Shown piece by piece: positions 7,338 to 16,258 of a DNA stretch of 36,163 bases. Position numbers and translations under genes: made by a program. The DNA is from Bacteroidota bacterium. Lineage in GTDB: Bacteria; Bacteroidota; Bacteroidia; Flavobacteriales_F; PHOS-HE28. The notes under the pieces were generated by a model. The model had not been told where the DNA came from, made no database searches, and saw only the letters and a program-made list of their open reading frames with translations. Each line of letters starts with the position of its first letter. Within the stretch, counting starts at the first letter, position 1. The stretch covers positions 1 through 36,163 of the forward strand of contig JAEYYE010000391.1 in NCBI GenBank assembly GCA_023430945.1. The letters are read 5' to 3'.

Positions 7338-7955
7338 CTAACGAAGCGAGAGCTGTAGGTTCACGCCTGCCGCACCCAAAGCCGCCGCATGCAGCGAAGG
7401 CCCGATGTTCAAGGAGAGATCCGGGCTCACATCGAAGCGCACGAAATGCGCATCCACCGAAGCATCGATGATGTTCAACACATAAACCCCGGCCAGGGCG
7501 ATGTAACTGATGTCGCGCCAGCGCTGGTACACTTCCATCACCCGCCGCACTTCGGTGGGATCATATTGTCCGTTGAATTCATCCACCGTTGCCGGATCTT
7601 CATCAACGAGCGCGAGATACGCCGTTCGGTAGCGCTTGTATTCCTTGGTGTTATCGCGAATGAAAGAATAACTGATCCCGATCCCGGCCCATACGATCGG
7701 TGCTTTCCAATATTTGCGGTTGTAGATCTGCCCGGCACCAGGCACCACGGCGCTAAGGATCGTAGCCTTTCGCGGTGAATGCCTTTCGCGCCAGGTCAAC
7801 GTATCTGCTTCGATCACTACACTGTCGATCGCAAAAGGCTCAGCCGTGCGGATCTGTGTGGTATCGCTGCTTACGCCAACGGTATCAGTGGCTTGCCCAA
7901 AAGCGATCGACGCCAATGAACAGAAGAAGAACCATGCGCTCTGGCGGAGAAGCAT
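7338..7955 (-). CDS. DUF5683-domain protein (conserved parAB-linked protein of Bacteroidota)
   Basis: 205 aa with a signal peptide, then SPRKATILSAVVPGAGQIYNRKYWKAPIVWAGIG...ISYIALAGVYVLNIIDASVDAH, typical of DUF5683. It sits downstream of parB. Confidence 0.7.
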   Translation of the reverse strand: MLLRQSAWFFFCSLASIAFGQATDTVGVSSDTTQIRTAEPFAIDSVVIEADTLTWRERHSPRKATILSAVVPGAGQIYNRKYWKAPIVWAGIGISYSFIRDNTKEYKRYRTAYLALVDEDPATVDEFNGQYDPTEVRRVMEVYQRWRDISYIALAGVYVLNIIDASVDAHFVRFDVSPDLSLNIGPSLHAAALGAAGVNLQLSLR

Positions 7956-7987
7956 TTCCGCAAAGATCGGATGCGGAACGGGATGTT

Positions 7988-8121
7988 GCGTGAGGGATAG
8001 AAGGGGAAAGCCCGCACGACCGTAGGGAGGAGGACTTGTACCGGATAGCCCGACCCGCCTTCACTGCAGCTTCGGCGGGCATCGCCCGCATGTATGCTGA
8101 AGGGTTGGCGGGGCACGCCCC
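7988..8121 (-). repeat. Intergenic REP-like repeat, copy C (long form, inverted orientation)
   Basis: The reverse complement reads GGGGCGTGCCCC...GCGGGCGATGCCCGC...GGGTCGGGCTATCCGGTACAAGTCCTCCTCCCTACGGTCGTGCGGGCTTTCCCCTTCTATCCCTCACGC. The 3' ~70 nt are near-identical to copy A. Confidence 0.6.
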
Positions 8122-8171
8122 TAAAATTCCGTTGATCTTCGGATCGTTCCTTCAAACCGCCGACCAACCGA

Positions 8172-9056
8172 TCACCCCAGCAACGCCATGATCCGCTTCA
8201 GATCATCTTCACTGCGGAAAGCGATCTCGATCTTGCCTTTGCCTTGCGGATCCTGCTTCACGACCACGCGGCTGCCGAACCGATCGGCGAGCTTTCGGCC
8301 CAATTCCTTGTTGGCCCTTGGTGCAAAGGCCGGAGCGCGCTTGGTCGCTGGCACGGTGCGCGCAAGTTCCTCCACCTGGCGAACGCTGAGCTGCGTTTCA
8401 ACGATGCGGTGGTACAGTTCGATCTGTCGGATTGGATCGTTGATCGAGATCAACGCACGTGCATGGCCCATTCCGATCGTGCGCTGACGCAACCCGAGCT
8501 GGATCTCCGGCGGAAGTTTCAGCAAACGCAGATAATTCGTGACCGTGGTGCGATCCTTCCCGACCTTTTCGCTCAGTTGTTCCTGTGTGAGCTTCACCTC
8601 ATCGATCAGGCGCTGGAAACTGATCGCCACTTCAATCGCGTCGAGTTCTTCACGTTGGATGTTCTCCACAAGCGCCATCTCAAGCATCGCCTCATCGTTG
8701 GCGATGCGGATGTACGCCGGGATCTCCTCCAGGCCGGCCAGTTGCGAAGCGCGGAAGCGGCGTTCGCCGCTGATCAGCTGGTAGCGATCGTAACCCATGC
8801 GGCGCACGGTCACCGGCTGGATGATGCCGAGTTCGCCGATGCTTTGCGCCAATTCAGCAAGCGCTTCATCGCTGAAGTGCGTGCGCGGCTGGAATGGATT
8901 CGGTTCGATCTGCGAAACGGGAATGGTACCGATCGCACTGGCGGCGCGTGAAGGCGCCGGTCCTTCACTATCTGAACCTACTGTTGTGGTGGTGATGTCC
9001 GTCGCCGGATCATCAAGCAGGGCGCTCAAGCCGCGGCCCAGACCTTTCTTCTTCAT
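8172..9056 (-). CDS. parB: Chromosome partitioning protein ParB
   Basis: 294 aa: KKGLGRGLSALL, IQPVTVRR, LISGERRFRAS and an HTH segment LTQEQLSEKVGKDRTTVTNYLRLLKLP. The start overlaps the parA stop by 4 nt. Confidence 0.92.
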   Translation of the reverse strand: MKKKGLGRGLSALLDDPATDITTTTVGSDSEGPAPSRAASAIGTIPVSQIEPNPFQPRTHFSDEALAELAQSIGELGIIQPVTVRRMGYDRYQLISGERRFRASQLAGLEEIPAYIRIANDEAMLEMALVENIQREELDAIEVAISFQRLIDEVKLTQEQLSEKVGKDRTTVTNYLRLLKLPPEIQLGLRQRTIGMGHARALISINDPIRQIELYHRIVETQLSVRQVEELARTVPATKRAPAFAPRANKELGRKLADRFGSRVVVKQDPQGKGKIEIAFRSEDDLKRIMALLG

Positions 9057-9862
9057 ATCGTTGCTTCGATCGCCTCGCTTCGTTCAACTTTCGGTGCCGG
9101 TGCGTTCTTCTGCAGGATCTCACGCGCCAGGTTCAGGTAGTTCACCGCGCCTTTGCTGCTCGCGTCGTGCATGATGATGGTCTGCCCATGGCTCGGTGCT
9201 TCGCCAAGTGCCACGTTGCGGTGGATCACCGTATCGAATACCAGTTGCTGGAAATGCGTCTTCACTTCTTCAACGACCTGGTTCGCCAACCGCAAACGGC
9301 TATCGTACATGGTGAGCAGCATGCCTTCGATCGAAAGCTCCGGATTCAAACGTTGCTGCACGATCTTGATCGTGTTGAGCAATTTGCCAAGACCTTCCAA
9401 CGCGAAATATTCGCATTGCACCGGAATGATCACACTGTCGCTCGCGGTCAAACTATTCACCGTTACAAGCCCCAGCGAAGGTGAACAATCGATGATGATG
9501 TAATCGTACAGATTGCGCAATGGCGCGAGCACTTTCTTCATCTGTTGCTCGCGATCACGCATGTCGATCATCTCGATCTCCGCGCCGACAAGATCGATGT
9601 GGCCGGGCAGCAGATCGAGGTTCGGATTATCGGTGTTCAACACCACTTCGGTGGCGGGCGTTCCGTTGATGATGCATTCGTAGATGCTGGCGTTCACGTT
9701 GCGCGGATCGAAGCCCACGCCGCTCGTGGCGTTGGCCTGTGGATCGGCATCCACCAGCAGCGTGCGGCGCTCGAGCACACCAAGGCTCGCGGCAAGGTTG
9801 ATCGCAGTTGTGGTCTTGCCCACACCGCCTTTCTGGTTCACTACGGATATGATCTTTCCCAT
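9053..9862 (-). CDS. parA: Chromosome partitioning ATPase ParA/Soj
   Basis: I place the start at MGKIISVVNQKGGVGKTTTAINLA (deviant Walker A). It is followed by LLVDADPQANATSG and IIIDCSPSLG. Confidence 0.92.
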   Translation of the reverse strand: MGKIISVVNQKGGVGKTTTAINLAASLGVLERRTLLVDADPQANATSGVGFDPRNVNASIYECIINGTPATEVVLNTDNPNLDLLPGHIDLVGAEIEMIDMRDREQQMKKVLAPLRNLYDYIIIDCSPSLGLVTVNSLTASDSVIIPVQCEYFALEGLGKLLNTIKIVQQRLNPELSIEGMLLTMYDSRLRLANQVVEEVKTHFQQLVFDTVIHRNVALGEAPSHGQTIIMHDASSKGAVNYLNLAREILQKNAPAPKVERSEAIEATI

Positions 9863-10073
9863 TTTTCCTTGTGGTGGGTTGGTGTGCGTTGGGGTGTGAT
9901 GGATCGCATTAAGCGTTGATGCAACGGTTAGCGATCGATACAAAGAACAGCCAGATCACCGATACGCTCGTGTTGATAACCGATCGAGTTTTGAACAGTG
10001 CGATGATGAACAATTGGCCTGAAGCTGGATCGTGGAAAAGGTTTTTCTTCCACGTCTTCGATCGAAGCGGCGT

Positions 10074-11528
10074 TCAGTGAAGGGCCCGATCGAACAACAG
10101 CACAACAGCTGCGGTAACGATGATGTTGCTGATGATGTTCACCGCATCGTTGCTCATCCAATTGAAGCCGGAGATCCTTTTCGATCCGCTGCGGCGTTCA
10201 TCGGAAAGCGATCCATCGGCACAGCGGAAGTGCGGCTGCAGTTTCGATCCGAACAAACTATCCACCAGCATGCCACCCATCCCGGCGATCATGAAGGGAA
10301 GCATTTGCAGGCCACTGCGATCCATGAGAACGACTGCCAGCACGGCGAAAAGGAGTGAAGCGAACAGGGCACCGGCCGATCCGGCAAGGCTGATCCCGCC
10401 GGAAAGTCCCGAAGGAACATTGCGGCCGGTGGTGATATCGATCGTTCTTCCGCGGAAGGCCATGCCGATCTCCGAAGCCCACGTATCCGCTGCGCTCACG
10501 GCGATGCTCGCGCCCATGGCCATCTGCGCCAGTTGCGGATCGGGAATGGATGCGGCCGCTGCGAAAACCCCGCCATTGCAGATCACCTGGATCGCATCGC
10601 GAGGTTTTCCGTGCTTGCGATCGGTGGTCGCCGCCGTTCTGTTCAGCCTGCCGAACAACGTGCTGCCCGCCAGGAAAACGAAGAGCGGGATCAGCCAGAA
10701 CGCGCCAGCGAAATACATCACCCACACACCGATCAGTGAAGCAGCGATCGCTCCGCCAAGTGTGAGCAAACGCATACGTATGCATGCCCATGTGAAGATG
10801 ATCGCGAGCGCACACGTGATCACAAGTGACGTAATGAATGAAGTGTGGATCGAAGCCGTGGTGATCTCCTTCACCAGCAGCCACGCCGCAAGCGGAATGA
10901 AGAGGTTGTCCGTTCCGCGCGATGCCAGTGCTTCGATGCCGGTGAGAAGTAACGCGATCACGCCCACCATGGCGATCGAAGCCCACAGCGGCACCACGGC
11001 CAGGAAGGACCGGATCTCCGGAAAGAAGACCATTACGAGGATCGAGACAAGAACGAACGCGACGCTGGCGGTCATGCTTTTCGGGTCGGCGGTGAAGCGG
11101 AAGAACCGGTGCGAGAAGAAGAGACCTGCGAGCGCTGCGAATGAATCGGCGAACGCAAGGATCGCCATGGGCAGCGCGATCAACCAGCGATCGGATTCAA
11201 CGTAAAGCAGGAAGAGGTAAGGAACCGGGAACAACAGGATGCCCCAGCTTTTCGAACCATCCTGATCGAAGAGCCGGCCCGAGACGACCAGCCAGATGAG
11301 GATGAACTCGCTTCCGATCACGATCCAGCGCAACAGTGCCAGATCTTCCAACAACAGCGGAACCAATGCGCACGATCCCACGGCGGCGATGTGTAGTACC
11401 TTCCGTGCCAGCCATTGCGGAACATACCTGTTCCGCCAGGCCACCTCACATGCGATCGCAAGGATCAGCACCAGCGGCCCCAGCAGCAGTAACAAGTCCA
11501 GGTCGTTCATGTGGATCCCGCGGAGCAC
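10074..11528 (-). CDS. Polytopic membrane fusion protein: N-terminal phytol/dolichol-kinase-like (COG0170) domain plus C-terminal DUF92 (TMEM19/VTE6-like) domain
   Basis: The N-terminal half has ARKVLHIAAVG and GTDNLFIPLAAWLL, which match the RKxxHxxxG and DNLxxPL motifs of the phytol-kinase/dolichol-kinase family. The C-terminal half has GKPRDAIQVICNGG, SGLSGGISLAGSAGALFASL, DSLFGSKLQ and SNDAVNIISN, typical of DUF92. The start may be Met7 (11510). Confidence 0.6.
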   Translation of the reverse strand: MLRGIHMNDLDLLLLLGPLVLILAIACEVAWRNRYVPQWLARKVLHIAAVGSCALVPLLLEDLALLRWIVIGSEFILIWLVVSGRLFDQDGSKSWGILLFPVPYLFLLYVESDRWLIALPMAILAFADSFAALAGLFFSHRFFRFTADPKSMTASVAFVLVSILVMVFFPEIRSFLAVVPLWASIAMVGVIALLLTGIEALASRGTDNLFIPLAAWLLVKEITTASIHTSFITSLVITCALAIIFTWACIRMRLLTLGGAIAASLIGVWVMYFAGAFWLIPLFVFLAGSTLFGRLNRTAATTDRKHGKPRDAIQVICNGGVFAAAASIPDPQLAQMAMGASIAVSAADTWASEIGMAFRGRTIDITTGRNVPSGLSGGISLAGSAGALFASLLFAVLAVVLMDRSGLQMLPFMIAGMGGMLVDSLFGSKLQPHFRCADGSLSDERRSGSKRISGFNWMSNDAVNIISNIIVTAAVVLLFDRALH

Positions 11529-11646
11529 GGGCGATCATTTCCTACTGCACAAGGTCCGAATATATCCGGTGGAAGGATGCGGTGTACGCTGGCGCCGGAC
11601 GAAAATGTGCGATCGGAGCGAACAAAAGGTGTGATCCGCTTTTTGC

Positions 11647-12540
11647 ATGAAGGCCCTGGGGATCCTCTGGCGTTTCAGCCGGCCGCACACGATCATCGGC
11701 AGCTTCATCAGCGTTGCTTCGATCTATGTGATCACCGTGCTGGCGATCGGCGGTGGCTGGAGCGATCCGGTCATTCCGATCGCCGCGATCACCGGCGCAC
11801 TTGCTTGCAATATCTATATAACCGGGCTCAACCAGATCACCGATGTGGAGGTGGATCGGATCAATAAACCGTGGCTGCCGCTCGCAGCGGGCGAACTTTC
11901 CATGCGTGGTGCGATCGCCATCGTGGTTATGTGTGCGGTGCTCGCATTGGGAATTTCCGCGTGGCGATCGGTGTATGTGATGTGCGTGATCGGTGCGATC
12001 ATGGCGATCGGTACGGCGTATTCCATTCCGCCGCTGAAGTTCAAACGTCATCATCTCGGTGCCGCAATGGCCATCACCATCGTGCGCGGACTGTTGGTGA
12101 ACCTTGGGCTTCACGCGCATTTCGTGGAAGAACTCAGCGGATCGCTGGATCTGTTCCCGCAGATCGTTCCGCTTACCGCATTCGTCACCTGCTTCAGTCT
12201 CGGTATCGCATGGTTCAAGGATATTCCGGATACACGCGGCGATGCGATCCATTCCTTCGGAACGCTTGCTGTGTTGAAGGGAAGGCGTAAAGCGCTGGCT
12301 CTGGGTGTACTCGTGGTGAGCCTGGCCTATCTTCTGGTGATCGCTTCAGCTTTCGGCGGAATGCTTCCTTCCCCGATCTTCTTCATAATCGTACATGCAC
12401 TGATCCTTGCGCTATTCCTTGCGTTCGCGCTCCGGCTCGATGTATGGAACGATCGTGAGGTACTCCGATCCTATCGCTTTTTCTGGGGATTGTTCTCGCT
12501 GGAATACGTGATCTACCCGATCGGCCTTGCGTTCGGTTGA
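11647..12540 (+). CDS. UbiA-superfamily aromatic prenyltransferase, homogentisate phytyl/prenyltransferase-like
   Basis: 297 aa with about 8-9 TM segments. The first Asp-rich motif, NQITDVEVDRINKPWLPLAAGELS, closely resembles the plant/cyanobacterial HPT motif NQxxDxEIDKINKPYLPLASGE. The second motif is FKDIPDTRGD. Confidence 0.65.
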   Translation: MKALGILWRFSRPHTIIGSFISVASIYVITVLAIGGGWSDPVIPIAAITGALACNIYITGLNQITDVEVDRINKPWLPLAAGELSMRGAIAIVVMCAVLALGISAWRSVYVMCVIGAIMAIGTAYSIPPLKFKRHHLGAAMAITIVRGLLVNLGLHAHFVEELSGSLDLFPQIVPLTAFVTCFSLGIAWFKDIPDTRGDAIHSFGTLAVLKGRRKALALGVLVVSLAYLLVIASAFGGMLPSPIFFIIVHALILALFLAFALRLDVWNDREVLRSYRFFWGLFSLEYVIYPIGLAFG

Positions 12541-12589
12541 TCGGCGTCCACCTGCCGATCGGGAAGGAACTTCCACCGGCACGATCTCC

Positions 12590-12967
12590 TCAAACCTCCT
12601 GCCGGTCCAGATCTTCGAAGCTCACGTTGGAGAAAGGTGTCACTTCCTCGGCGGTGATGGGTTCGATCACTTCTTCCTCCGGCCGGTCATATTCAGGCGT
12701 CCAACCATCGGCGAAGCCGTTCGATCGGAGGTATTCGATCTCTTCGAAAGCATCCTTCAGCCCATTGATGAATTTGCTGAAATCCTCCTTGTAGAGGTAG
12801 ATCTTGTGCTTTTCGAAGGTGGCCGTACCATCGGCATGTGTCTGCTTCTTGCTCTCCGTGATGGTGAGGTATAGGTCACGGCCACGGGTGCTGCGCACAT
12901 CGAAGAAATAGGTCCTTTTGCCGGCACGGACCTTCTTGGAATAAACATCGCCTCTTTCTTCGGCCAT
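12590..12967 (-). CDS. PUR-alpha-like DNA/RNA-binding protein (DUF3276)
   Basis: 125 aa: YSKKVRAGKRTYFFDVRSTRGRDLYLTITESKK...FEKHKIYLYKEDFSKFINGL, the characteristic DUF3276 pattern, plus an acidic tail. Confidence 0.75.
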   Translation of the reverse strand: MAEERGDVYSKKVRAGKRTYFFDVRSTRGRDLYLTITESKKQTHADGTATFEKHKIYLYKEDFSKFINGLKDAFEEIEYLRSNGFADGWTPEYDRPEEEVIEPITAEEVTPFSNVSFEDLDRQEV

Positions 12968-13086
12968 GACCCTGATCGCCCGGATATATTCAGGCGCGAG
13001 CCAAATATAAAAGGGTTTTTCAAACCGGCAATAATGGGGCGGTATCCACCGATCGCACGCAATTTCCCGTGGAAAATAGATCCCTG

Positions 13087-14970
13087 TCAGGCTTCCTTTC
13101 TCGCTTCCTCCAGCAATTGTTCGTTATACAATTGCGCATAGAGCCCGCCATGGCCCAGCAGTTGGCCGTGGTCGCCTTCCTCCACCACACGGCCTTCTTC
13201 CAACACGAGGATGTGATCCGCATCGCGCACGGCACTTATGCGATGGCTTATGATCACGGTGGTACGGCCTTTCATCACCGTGCGCAGTTCCTGCAGAATG
13301 GCTTCCTCGGTAGCGGTGTCCACGGCGCTCAACGCATCATCGAAGATCAGGATGCGCGGCCGGCCGATGATGGCCCGGGCGATGCTCACACGCTGTTTCT
13401 GACCACCGCTCAGGGTGATCCCACGTTCACCGAGCAAGGTGTCGTAGTTCTTCGGAAGGTCGATGATGTTGTCGTGTACCTGCGCGGCCTTCGCGGCACG
13501 CTCCACGCGGACCGTGTTCTCTTCCGAGTGGTCGAGCCGGAAGGCGATGTTGTTGCGAATGCTATCGCTGAAAAGGAACACATCCTGGGGTACGAACCCC
13601 AGCTGGCTTCGCAATCTCTCCAGCTTGATCCGTTGGATGGGCACCCCATCCACCAATACTTCGCCGCTGGTGGGATCGTATAGCCTGCCGATCAGTTCGG
13701 CGATCGTGCTCTTTCCACTGCCGGTATGGCCCACGATCGCGAGCGTGCGCCCCACAGGTATGTGGAAGGATACGTTCCTGAGCGCTTCGATCCCGGTGTG
13801 CGGATAGGTGAAGCTCACGTTGCGGAAGGTGATGTCGCCTTCGATCTCCTGCAATTCGTCCAGCGGATCGCTGATGGCCGGTTCCGTATCGAGGAATTCG
13901 TTGATGCGCTCCATGCTGGCCGATGCCTGCTGGATCAAGGAAGTGACCCAGCCAACTGAAGCGAAAGGCCAGGTAAGCATGTTCACGTAGATCACGAATT
14001 CAGCGATGTTGCCCACGCTCACCGATGGATCGCCGTTGATCAGCATTCTTCCACCTATGAAGATGGTAAGAACCGTACTGAGCCCGATCAGCAGCATGAT
14101 CGCCGGCATGAAAAGCGCGTCGACCTTCGCCTGCTTCAAACTACGGACCCGGTATTCCGCAGCCGTGTCACGGAACCGGTCCACGGACATCTGTTCCTTG
14201 GCGTAGGCCTTCAGCACGCGGATGCCGCTGAAGCTTTCCTGCGCCAGCGTGCTCAGCCGGCTCTGCTGTTCCTGCACATCCATGCTGCGCTTGTTGATCA
14301 CGTCGCTCACGTAGTAGATCACCACGCTCATGATCGGCAGCGGCGCTAGCGTCCAAAGCGTGAGTTCGGCGTTCACATGGATCATTCGCCCGATGCAGAG
14401 AATGAAGAGCACGGCCAGGTTGATGGTGTACATAACAGCAGGGCCGATGTACATGCGCACTTTGCCGACGTCCTCGCTGATGCGGTTCATGAGGTCGCCG
14501 GTGCTGTTGCGTTTGTAGAACGCCCGATCCAATTTCTGGTAATGATCGAAGATCCTGTTCTTCAGGTCGTATTCGATCAGGCGGCTCACCACGATGATCA
14601 TCTGCCGCATGAGGAACATGAAGAATCCTTTCAATAGCGCGAACGCGAGATAGAGTAGCGCAAGAACGCCTGCCAGCCACACCACGGTGGATCGTACAGC
14701 AGCATCGGCATCCAGATCGTTCAACCTTCCCTCCAGATCGATCCCGGTCCAACCGATCCAGATCCGCAGGATCTCGGGCACCGGAAGCTTTCGTTGTTCG
14801 GGCGGAAGCTCCAATTGCCCTACCGCTTTTCCGATCAGGTCGATCGCTTCGCGCACCACTTCGGGCGAATACACCGCGAACAGGTTGCTGAGAATGATGA
14901 AGAGCGTTCCCAGCACGATGTGCCAGCGATACTTCGCGAAATACGGGTTCAGCTTCAGCAGCGGTCGCAT
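13087..14970 (-). CDS. ABC exporter, fused permease/ATP-binding protein (MsbA/MdlB-like)
   Basis: 627 aa with an N-terminal six-helix TMD. The C-terminal NBD has GHTGSGKST, LSGGQKQRVSIARA and ILIFDDALSAVD. Confidence 0.88.
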   Translation of the reverse strand: MRPLLKLNPYFAKYRWHIVLGTLFIILSNLFAVYSPEVVREAIDLIGKAVGQLELPPEQRKLPVPEILRIWIGWTGIDLEGRLNDLDADAAVRSTVVWLAGVLALLYLAFALLKGFFMFLMRQMIIVVSRLIEYDLKNRIFDHYQKLDRAFYKRNSTGDLMNRISEDVGKVRMYIGPAVMYTINLAVLFILCIGRMIHVNAELTLWTLAPLPIMSVVIYYVSDVINKRSMDVQEQQSRLSTLAQESFSGIRVLKAYAKEQMSVDRFRDTAAEYRVRSLKQAKVDALFMPAIMLLIGLSTVLTIFIGGRMLINGDPSVSVGNIAEFVIYVNMLTWPFASVGWVTSLIQQASASMERINEFLDTEPAISDPLDELQEIEGDITFRNVSFTYPHTGIEALRNVSFHIPVGRTLAIVGHTGSGKSTIAELIGRLYDPTSGEVLVDGVPIQRIKLERLRSQLGFVPQDVFLFSDSIRNNIAFRLDHSEENTVRVERAAKAAQVHDNIIDLPKNYDTLLGERGITLSGGQKQRVSIARAIIGRPRILIFDDALSAVDTATEEAILQELRTVMKGRTTVIISHRISAVRDADHILVLEEGRVVEEGDHGQLLGHGGLYAQLYNEQLLEEARKEA

Positions 14971-15152
14971 ACGGGCGGTCGGAACTTCCTACTTTTGCGC
15001 ACCTGCTTTCGGTAACGCTTCGGATAAGCGCTGCAAAGGTAGGCTTGCCGGTGAGGGAGAAGGAAGTGCCGCGTTGACCGAATGATCATTCCGGTGACCT
15101 GCACGGATCTCGATCTTGAAGGCGATCGACGAACGAAACCAACGCACCAGTA

Positions 15153-16256
15153 ATGGTCACAACTACACTTGGAACGCCACAGACCGCCGATCTCGTGATC
15201 GGCCGCATGGAGAAGCACGATCACGAGGAAGTGCTCTTCTGTTTCGATCGGCCCACGGGCCTCCGCGCGATCATCGCGATCCACAATACCACGCTGGGTC
15301 CGGCGCTGGGCGGCACGCGCATGTGGCCATATGCGAGCGAAGCCGATGCGTTGCACGATGTGCTTCGCCTTAGCCGTGGCATGACCTACAAGAGTTCGCT
15401 CGCAGGTCTCGACCTGGGCGGGGGAAAGGCCGTGATCATCGGTGATGCGCGCACGCAGAAGACCGAGGCGATGTTCCGCCGGTTCGGCCAGTTCGTGGAA
15501 AGCTTGAACGGACGTTACATCACCGCTGAGGATGTGGGCATGAGCACCACGGAGATGGTGAACATTCGCAAGGAAACGAGCTTCGTAGCTGGTCTTCCGA
15601 TCGAAATGGGTGGCAGCGGCGATCCAAGTCCGGTTACGGCGTATGGCGTTTATGTGGGCATGAAGGCCGCAGCGAAAAGAGCATACGGTACGGATTCCTT
15701 GAAAGGACGCAAAGTGGCGGTGCAGGGCGCGGGTAATGTCGGGAAGTATCTGGTGGAACATCTGGTAAAGGATGGCGCGATCGTTCTCCTCACCGATATC
15801 CATGAAGAGAAGCTGGCTGCGATCAAAGCGCAGATGTAGTCTGTAACGATCGTTGGATCGGATGAGATCTATGATCTTGACGTTGACATCTATTCGCCCT
15901 GCGCGCTTGGTGCCACGGTGAACGATGAGACACTGGCCCGCTTGAAATGCAGTGTGATCGCCGGCGCGGCCAACAACCAGCTGGCCGACGAATCGATCCA
16001 CGGGCTGGCCGTGATGGAGAAAGGGATCCTCTATGTTCCCGATTTCCTGATCAACGCCGGCGGCATCATCAACTGCGCGTGGGAACGCAAAGGCTACAAC
16101 CGCCAGGCCGCGCTCAACCAGACGGAGGAGATCTACAACACCGCCTTGAAGTGCTTCGAGGCGAGCGCCGATCAGAAGATACCCACCTACCTCGCCGCCA
16201 ACCAGGCCGCCGAGCAACGGGTGAACAGCATGCGCGGAGCAGGGATCCGTTTCTGA
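15153..16256 (+). pseudogene. Leucine/valine/phenylalanine dehydrogenase family gene interrupted by one in-frame TAG (15837-15839)
   Basis: Track ORFs 15153..15839 and 15918..16256 are in the same frame (offset 765 nt). Translation across the stop is collinear with Leu dehydrogenases: [102 protein letters not shown]. Confidence 0.7.
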
Positions 16257-16258
16257 GA

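Noticed and set aside
14990-14997. TACTTTTG, a match to the Bacteroidota -7 promoter consensus TAnnTTTG upstream of the dehydrogenase gene. A near match, TATTTTCG, lies at 19639-19646.
   Set aside because: There is no accompanying -33 TTG at the right spacing. An 8-mer with two free positions is expected by chance in 36 kb, so this is too weak to annotate.
15837-15839. The in-frame TAG read as programmed recoding (pyrrolysine) or as a sign of an altered genetic code.
   Set aside because: TAG clearly terminates other good genes in the window (18949-18951 and 21945-21947). I see no pyl genes or recoding signal. A nonsense mutation or a sequence error is the simpler explanation.
14955-16217. 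420-aa ORF antisense to the leucine dehydrogenase gene. Similar long antisense ORFs are 31570..33114 (514 aa, opposite GAPDH), 10120..11205, 8244..8951, 22030..22869, 23692..24702, 28353..29444 and 5915..6775.
   Set aside because: Each lies opposite a gene with unmistakable family motifs. Their translations are low-complexity and rich in Arg, Gly, His and Ala, with no recognisable domains. Long antisense frames are expected when the sense strand rarely uses codons whose complements are stop codons.
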